A stretch of 64,000 nt of DNA from an uncultured Actinomycetota bacterium (lineage in GTDB: Bacteria; Actinomycetota; Actinomycetes; Frankiales; Frankiaceae), in contig CAVXLW010000002.1 of the NCBI GenBank assembly GCA_963762695.1, positions 1,853 to 65,852 on the forward strand. The letters are read 5' to 3'. Positions 59,965 through 64,000 of the stretch are shown piece by piece; positions within the stretch are counted from its first letter, which is position 1, and each line of letters starts with the position of its first letter. The notes beneath the pieces were generated by a model. The model searched no databases. It worked only from the letters and a program-made list of their open reading frames with translations, and was not told the DNA's origin. The position numbers and the translations under genes are program-made.

Positions 59965-61107
59965 ATGAGCGGGTCAGGACCATTGGCGGGCGTGCTCGTC
60001 GTCGATCTCAGTCGCGTATTGGCAGGCCCTTTCGCCACGATGCTGATGGCCGACCTGGGCGCGCGCGTCATCAAAGTCGAGCGGCCCGGCGGGGGAGACG
60101 ACAGCCGGACCTACGGCCCGTTCATCGGTGGTGACTCGCTCTATTTCGCCCGGGTCAATCGCGGCAAGGAATCCATCGCCCTCGACCTGCGCAGCGCGGC
60201 TGACATCGACCTGCTGCACGCCATGCTGGGCCGGGCCGACGTCCTGGTGGAGAACTTCCGTCCCGGTGTCATGGACCGTCTGGGATCGGGCTACGAGACG
60301 CTCGCCGCCCGCTACCCCGGCCTGGTCTACGCCAGCATCTCCGGCTTCGGGCAGACCGGGCCGTGGCGGCTGCGCCCGGCCTATGACTCCGTGGTGCAAG
60401 GCACCAGCGGGCTGATGTCGATCACCGGCGCGCCTGACGGTGAGCCGACGAAGCCGGGGCTTCCGATCAGCGACCTGTCGGCGGGGCTGTACGCGTTCGG
60501 CGCGATCCTGGCGGCGCTGCGCGGCCGCGACGCCGCACCCGGTCAGGGCCGGGGAAGCCGGGTCGACATCGCCATGCACGACGCGACGGTGTCGTTGCTG
60601 GAGGGCGCGGCCCTCGCCTACCTCGCCTCGGGACAGGCGCCGCCGCGTATCGGCAATGCGCACTACGCGATCGCCCCGTTCGACACCTTTCGCGCGAGCG
60701 ACGGCCCGCTGGTCATCTGCGCCGCCAACGACGGCCTCTTCGCGGCCCTCGCGGCGACGCTCGAGCGCTCCGATCTGGTCACCAACCCGCTGTTCGTCAC
60801 CAACGCTCTGCGCCACGACCATCGGGAGGCGCTGAAGAAGGAGATCGAGGCCGCGCTCGCGGTGCGTACGGCTGCGCAATGGCTGGAGATCCTCGGCGCC
60901 GAAGGGGTGCCCTGCGGCCCGGTGTCGAGCATCGATGAAGCGCTCTCCTCCGAGCAGGCCGCTGCGCGCGGGCTGGTCATCGACGTCGGCGGGCTGCCGA
61001 TGCCGGGTAACCCCATGAAGCTCGGCGGCTACCCCGAACTGCGTCCCGACCCGGCCCCCCGGCTTGATGAGCAGGGCGATCAGCTGCGCGCGGAGTTCGC
61101 CGGCTGA
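59965..61107 (+). CDS. CoA transferase, family III (CaiB/BaiF)
   Basis: Within ORF 59917..61107, ATG 59965. Sequence GVLVVDLSRVLAGPFATMLMADLGARVIKVERPGGGD, NRGKESIALDL, ADVLVENFRPG, GLPISDLSAGLYA. Confidence 0.85.
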   Translation: MSGSGPLAGVLVVDLSRVLAGPFATMLMADLGARVIKVERPGGGDDSRTYGPFIGGDSLYFARVNRGKESIALDLRSAADIDLLHAMLGRADVLVENFRPGVMDRLGSGYETLAARYPGLVYASISGFGQTGPWRLRPAYDSVVQGTSGLMSITGAPDGEPTKPGLPISDLSAGLYAFGAILAALRGRDAAPGQGRGSRVDIAMHDATVSLLEGAALAYLASGQAPPRIGNAHYAIAPFDTFRASDGPLVICAANDGLFAALAATLERSDLVTNPLFVTNALRHDHREALKKEIEAALAVRTAAQWLEILGAEGVPCGPVSSIDEALSSEQAAARGLVIDVGGLPMPGNPMKLGGYPELRPDPAPRLDEQGDQLRAEFAG

Positions 61108-61214
61108 CGTTCACCCGGTCGCGCATCAGCTTTGGTGCCAGGCGCCGATAGGTACTCCTACGTCGCGAGCGGGTACTCGAGCAGCAGGCGACCCGCGCCG
61201 CGGAAGGGAGGCGC

Positions 61215-62026
61215 ATGGTGATCACCAAGCCGGCTCCCTTGCCGCGCTCGTGGCGGCCGCTGTCGCGCTCGGGCTGGGCCTGAGCGCCTGCGGCCCGGGA
61301 AGCGGTACTCACGTCGCCGCACCGAGCCCCACCTCGGCGGCGCCGGCCACGCCGACCCCGCCGTCCCTCGCCCCGTCCACGACAGCGTCCCCCGAGCCGG
61401 CGCCCACTGCCGCGAGCCCGTCGCCGACCCATGTCGGACTCGCCGTGGGTGACGAGGGCCCCGCGGTCCTGGCCTTGCAGCACAGGCTTATCCAGCTCGG
61501 CTTCTGGCTGAGCGCCACCGACGGTTCCTACGGGAACACCACTCAGCAAGCCGTCCTCGCGTTCCAGAAGGCGAAAGGCCTCGAGCGAGACGGGGTCGCC
61601 GGCCCGCAGACGATGAAGGCCCTCGCCACCGGGGTCGCGATCACGCCGCGCAGCACCGCAGGACACGTGCTCGAGATCGACAAGACCCGCCAGCTGCTGC
61701 TCATCGTGAACGACGGCAAGATCGCCGACATCCTCAACACGTCGACCGGCAGCGGCCAGCCCTACCAGCAGGGTGGGCAGACCTACCTCGCGCTGACACC
61801 CTCGGGCCAGTTCACGATCTTTCGCCAGGTCGACGGCGACGACCCCGGACCGCTCGGTGATCTCTGGCGTCCGAAGTACTTCAACGGCGGCATCGCCATC
61901 CACGGGGCTGCGGATGTGCCCGGCTATCCCGCCAGCCACGGCTGCGCCCGGCTCAGCAACGCCGCGATCGACTGGATCTGGAGCGCCGACCTGGCGCCCA
62001 TCGGCACCAACGTGTGGGTCTACTAG
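61215..62026 (+). pseudogene. L,D-transpeptidase lipoprotein with peptidoglycan-binding domain, frameshift just after the start
   Basis: ATG 61215 (GGGAGG upstream) gives MVITKPA.. in one frame. The signal/lipobox SLAALVAAAVALGLGLSAC and the rest are in ORF 61064..62026: PG_binding_1 GDEGPAVLALQHRLIQLGF..DGSYGNTTQQAVLAFQ, and YkuD region IAIHGAADVPGYPASHGCARLS. The shift is near 61235. Confidence 0.7.
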
Positions 62027-63067
62027 CCCGCTGCGGTGGGGGGCACGGGCCCTGGCTGCGCGCCGGGTTTGTCGAACTGGACCGGAGCCAGCGGTCCTGG
62101 GCACCGGTTCCGTGCGCAGCCCCCTGGCTCCGGCCGCTGCCGACGCACCGGCGGCCGCTCCGAGCACGGCGGCATGGACCGCGTCCTCGCGCTCCAGTTC
62201 CTCGCGCGAGAGGTCGAGCGTGGCGTTGAGCTCGGCGCCGAGCAGCACCGCGAGTGCGGTGACGTACAGGAACAGCAGCACGGCGACCGGAGCGGCGAGC
62301 GCCCCGTAGGCGATCGTCCGCGAGAAGACGAAGCGAATGTAGGAGCGCAGCCCCCAGCTGCCCAGGTACCAGATCACCAGTGCGAAGACGGCGCCGGGCA
62401 GCGCCGATCGCCATCGCCGCCGGTGTGGGACCGACATGTGGTAGAGCGTCGCCAGGATGATCAGCGACACCACCGCGGCGATCGGCCAGTAGACCAGGGT
62501 CACCGCGTGATGGACCCACGGGGTGGTGTGCTTGCCCAGCAGACGGTCGATGGCGGTGGGGCCGAGCACCAGGGCCGGCAGCAGGAGGACGGCGGAGGGC
62601 ACCTGCAGGATGTAGACCGGGGCGCTAGCAGGCGGCTCTTGACCGCGCCGCGCTCGTGCCGCTCGCCGTACGCGATCGTGATGGTGTTCACATACGTGGC
62701 CATGGCCGACGAGCCCGACCACAACGACGTGATGAAGCCGATCGAAATGACGTCGGGGCGGCCCTTGCGCAGGATGTCGTCGATCGTGGGTTTGACCTGT
62801 TCTGCAGGTCGACTGGTCAGGAAGTGCCCGGCGGCCTGCAAGATGCTGTGTTCGATGCTGTCGACGGTGGAGTGGCCGGTCAGCCCCGGCGAAGTAGCCG
62901 ACGGTCCCGAGTACCGCCAGCAGCAGCGGCGGGAGCGAGAGCAGCTGCCAGAAACCGGCCTCGGCGGCGAGTCCGAGGACCCGGTCGTGCCAGGCGCGCA
63001 CCAGCGTGCGGCGCATGCGTTCCCACGGTGTACAGCCGGCGATGGCGCCGCACCATGGGCTTATCAT
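62023..63067 (-). pseudogene. YihY/BrkB-family membrane protein, frameshifted
   Basis: N-terminus and TM body lie in ORF 60977..63118: RTLVRAWHDRVLGLAAEAGFWQLLSLPPLLLAVLG; VYILQVPSAVLLLPALVLGP..LYHMSVPHRRRWRSALPGAVFALVIWYLGSWGLRSYI..AAPVAVLLFLYVTALAVLLGAELNA. The middle piece is in ORF 62500..62841: DVISIGFITSLWSGSSAMATYVNTITIAYGE. The probable stop is TAG 62023-62025 in a third frame. Start is ATG 63067 or 63016. Confidence 0.6.
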
Positions 63068-63210
63068 GACGCCCCAGTGTGACCGACGATGCGCCAGGTG
63101 CTGGTCATGGGCCAGCACTCGCGGGACGCGATCGGCGCCGGCCGAGCGCAGAAATCAAACACCCGCCGGCGCCTGGGTGGGCGCGGGCGGGGGTTTGAAA
63201 AGGCTGTTGA

Positions 63211-63429
63211 TCAGCCGCGGGTCGAGGACAAGTCGAGCTGGTCGGACTCGTCGTGAATTTCGACAGCGACCTGGCCGAGCTTGTCGCCGTGGGCACGAGC
63301 GTGGTGGCGGCAGAACATGAGATCGCCGCCACCGGCGAGAACAACGCGTACATATGCTTGCGCGCCGCAGCGGTCACAACGGTCGGTCGCGGTCAGAACT
63401 GGAGTCGGTGCGGGAACGGTACCTGTCAC
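63211..63429 (-). CDS. Small conserved actinobacterial Cys/His-containing protein
   Basis: Within ORF 63211..63441. GTG 63429 is preceded by GGAGG with a 5-nt spacer. Sequence VTGTVPAPTPVLTATDRCDRCGAQAYVRVVLAGGGDLMFCRHHARAHGDKL. I recall this pattern from small hypothetical proteins of Streptomyces and mycobacteria. Confidence 0.65.
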   Translation of the reverse strand: MTGTVPAPTPVLTATDRCDRCGAQAYVRVVLAGGGDLMFCRHHARAHGDKLGQVAVEIHDESDQLDLSSTRG

Positions 63430-63579
63430 GCTTACCTCCAACAGTCGGTCGCCCGCATTCCTTCCGGGCCGTCAGTCGCACGCATCGATCCTGACTATGC
63501 CTGCTCTATCGGCATTCAAGCCTTCCCGGACGCGAGAACGCTCACAGACACCGAACGTTTTGAAATCGAAACCAGCTTG

Positions 63580-64000
63580 TTACGACCGCCGGGCTCCGAA
63601 GAGGATGTCGTCCCAGGCCGGGACGGCACTGCGGCGCCGTGCGGACTTCGCGGGCTGGCGCGCCGGACGCTCTGCTGCGGAGCGCGCCGCGTCGGTGTCG
63701 TCGGCATCATCGCCGGCCGACGCCGAAGGCTCAGCGCCTCATGACGCGCCGGGGCACTGCCGGAGCCGGGGACCTCGTTCTCGCCCGGAGTCCAGTCAGG
63801 GGCGGCGGTCCTCGGGGCCGCGGGTGCGCTGGTGCCGGGAATGTCGTCCAGGGTGGGGGCGGCGGCGCCGGCCTGTGACCTCGCCTCCGCGGGTGCCGCC
63901 GAACCGCCCTCGCCTGCGAGCACGACGAGCCCGGAACGCGGCGAAGCCGACCGGCTCGGGGCGGAGCCGGACATCGTGGACTCGCCGACGGCCCGCGCGG
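63580..64000 (-). pseudogene. 3' part of a gene for a Pro/Ala-rich protein with a basic W-D-D-I-L-F-G C-terminus (SepH/DUF3071-like tail?), frameshifted and truncated by the window edge
   Basis: ORF 63516..63974 carries low-complexity SAPSRSASPRS..APAAPRTAAPDWTPGENE. The last 50 codons or so read in another frame: SAGDDADDTDAARSAAERPARQPAKSARRRSAVPAWDDILFGARRS-stop (TAA 63580-63582). The junction is near 63730. The family call is tentative. Confidence 0.3.

Noticed and set aside
60977-62022. The C-terminal 350 aa or so of the 713-aa minus ORF 60977..63118, running antisense through the L,D-transpeptidase and CoA-transferase genes.
   Set aside because: Only the upstream part is YihY/BrkB-like. 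The remainder is low-complexity read-through opposite a gene with clear YkuD and PG-binding motifs.

Overview
Very GC-rich segment (over 70% by eye, not computed) with actinobacterial gene content and signals: GTG/TTG starts, ATGA/GTGA/TGATG coupled junctions and GGAGG-type ribosome-binding sites. I recognise about 55 genes and see no rRNA, tRNA or CRISPR array.

Main content:
- A split hopanoid locus. The minus arm hpnC-hpnE-hpnD-polyprenyl synthase (5076-9305) reads cleanly. The divergent plus arm shc-hpnG-ispH-hpnH (9552-14057) cannot be read in one frame.
- A single-anchor Sdh/Frd-type operon (47507-50981).
- A DyP peroxidase plus family-1 encapsulin pair with a canonical cargo-loading peptide (55483-57351).
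- A Zn-ribbon / membrane protein / ABC-2 exporter operon (39193-42058).
- HrpA and a DEAD-box helicase.
- Two YcaQ/AlkZ-family glycosylase genes.
- An HhH-GPD gene divergent from a degenerate, membrane-anchored XseA-like protein.
- A secreted-hydrolase trio, several MFS/ABC transporters, a two-component system and a TetR regulator.

The dominant unusual signal is that about 24 genes are frameshifted. The lesions cluster in blocks of very high 1-nt indel density, yet the fragments still spell near-consensus motifs. I label these genes pseudogenes because they cannot be translated as given. For the dense blocks, consensus or polishing error is at least as likely as real decay.

Other observations:
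- A 2+2 inverted array of a 16-bp motif beside a decayed DUF222-HNH gene.
- A perfect 22-bp palindrome between convergent genes.
- Two small ORFs missing from the track, each with a good ribosome-binding site.

I found no clearly novel multi-gene system. The best candidates are ranked modestly. All family calls come from motif recognition by eye; no searches were run.
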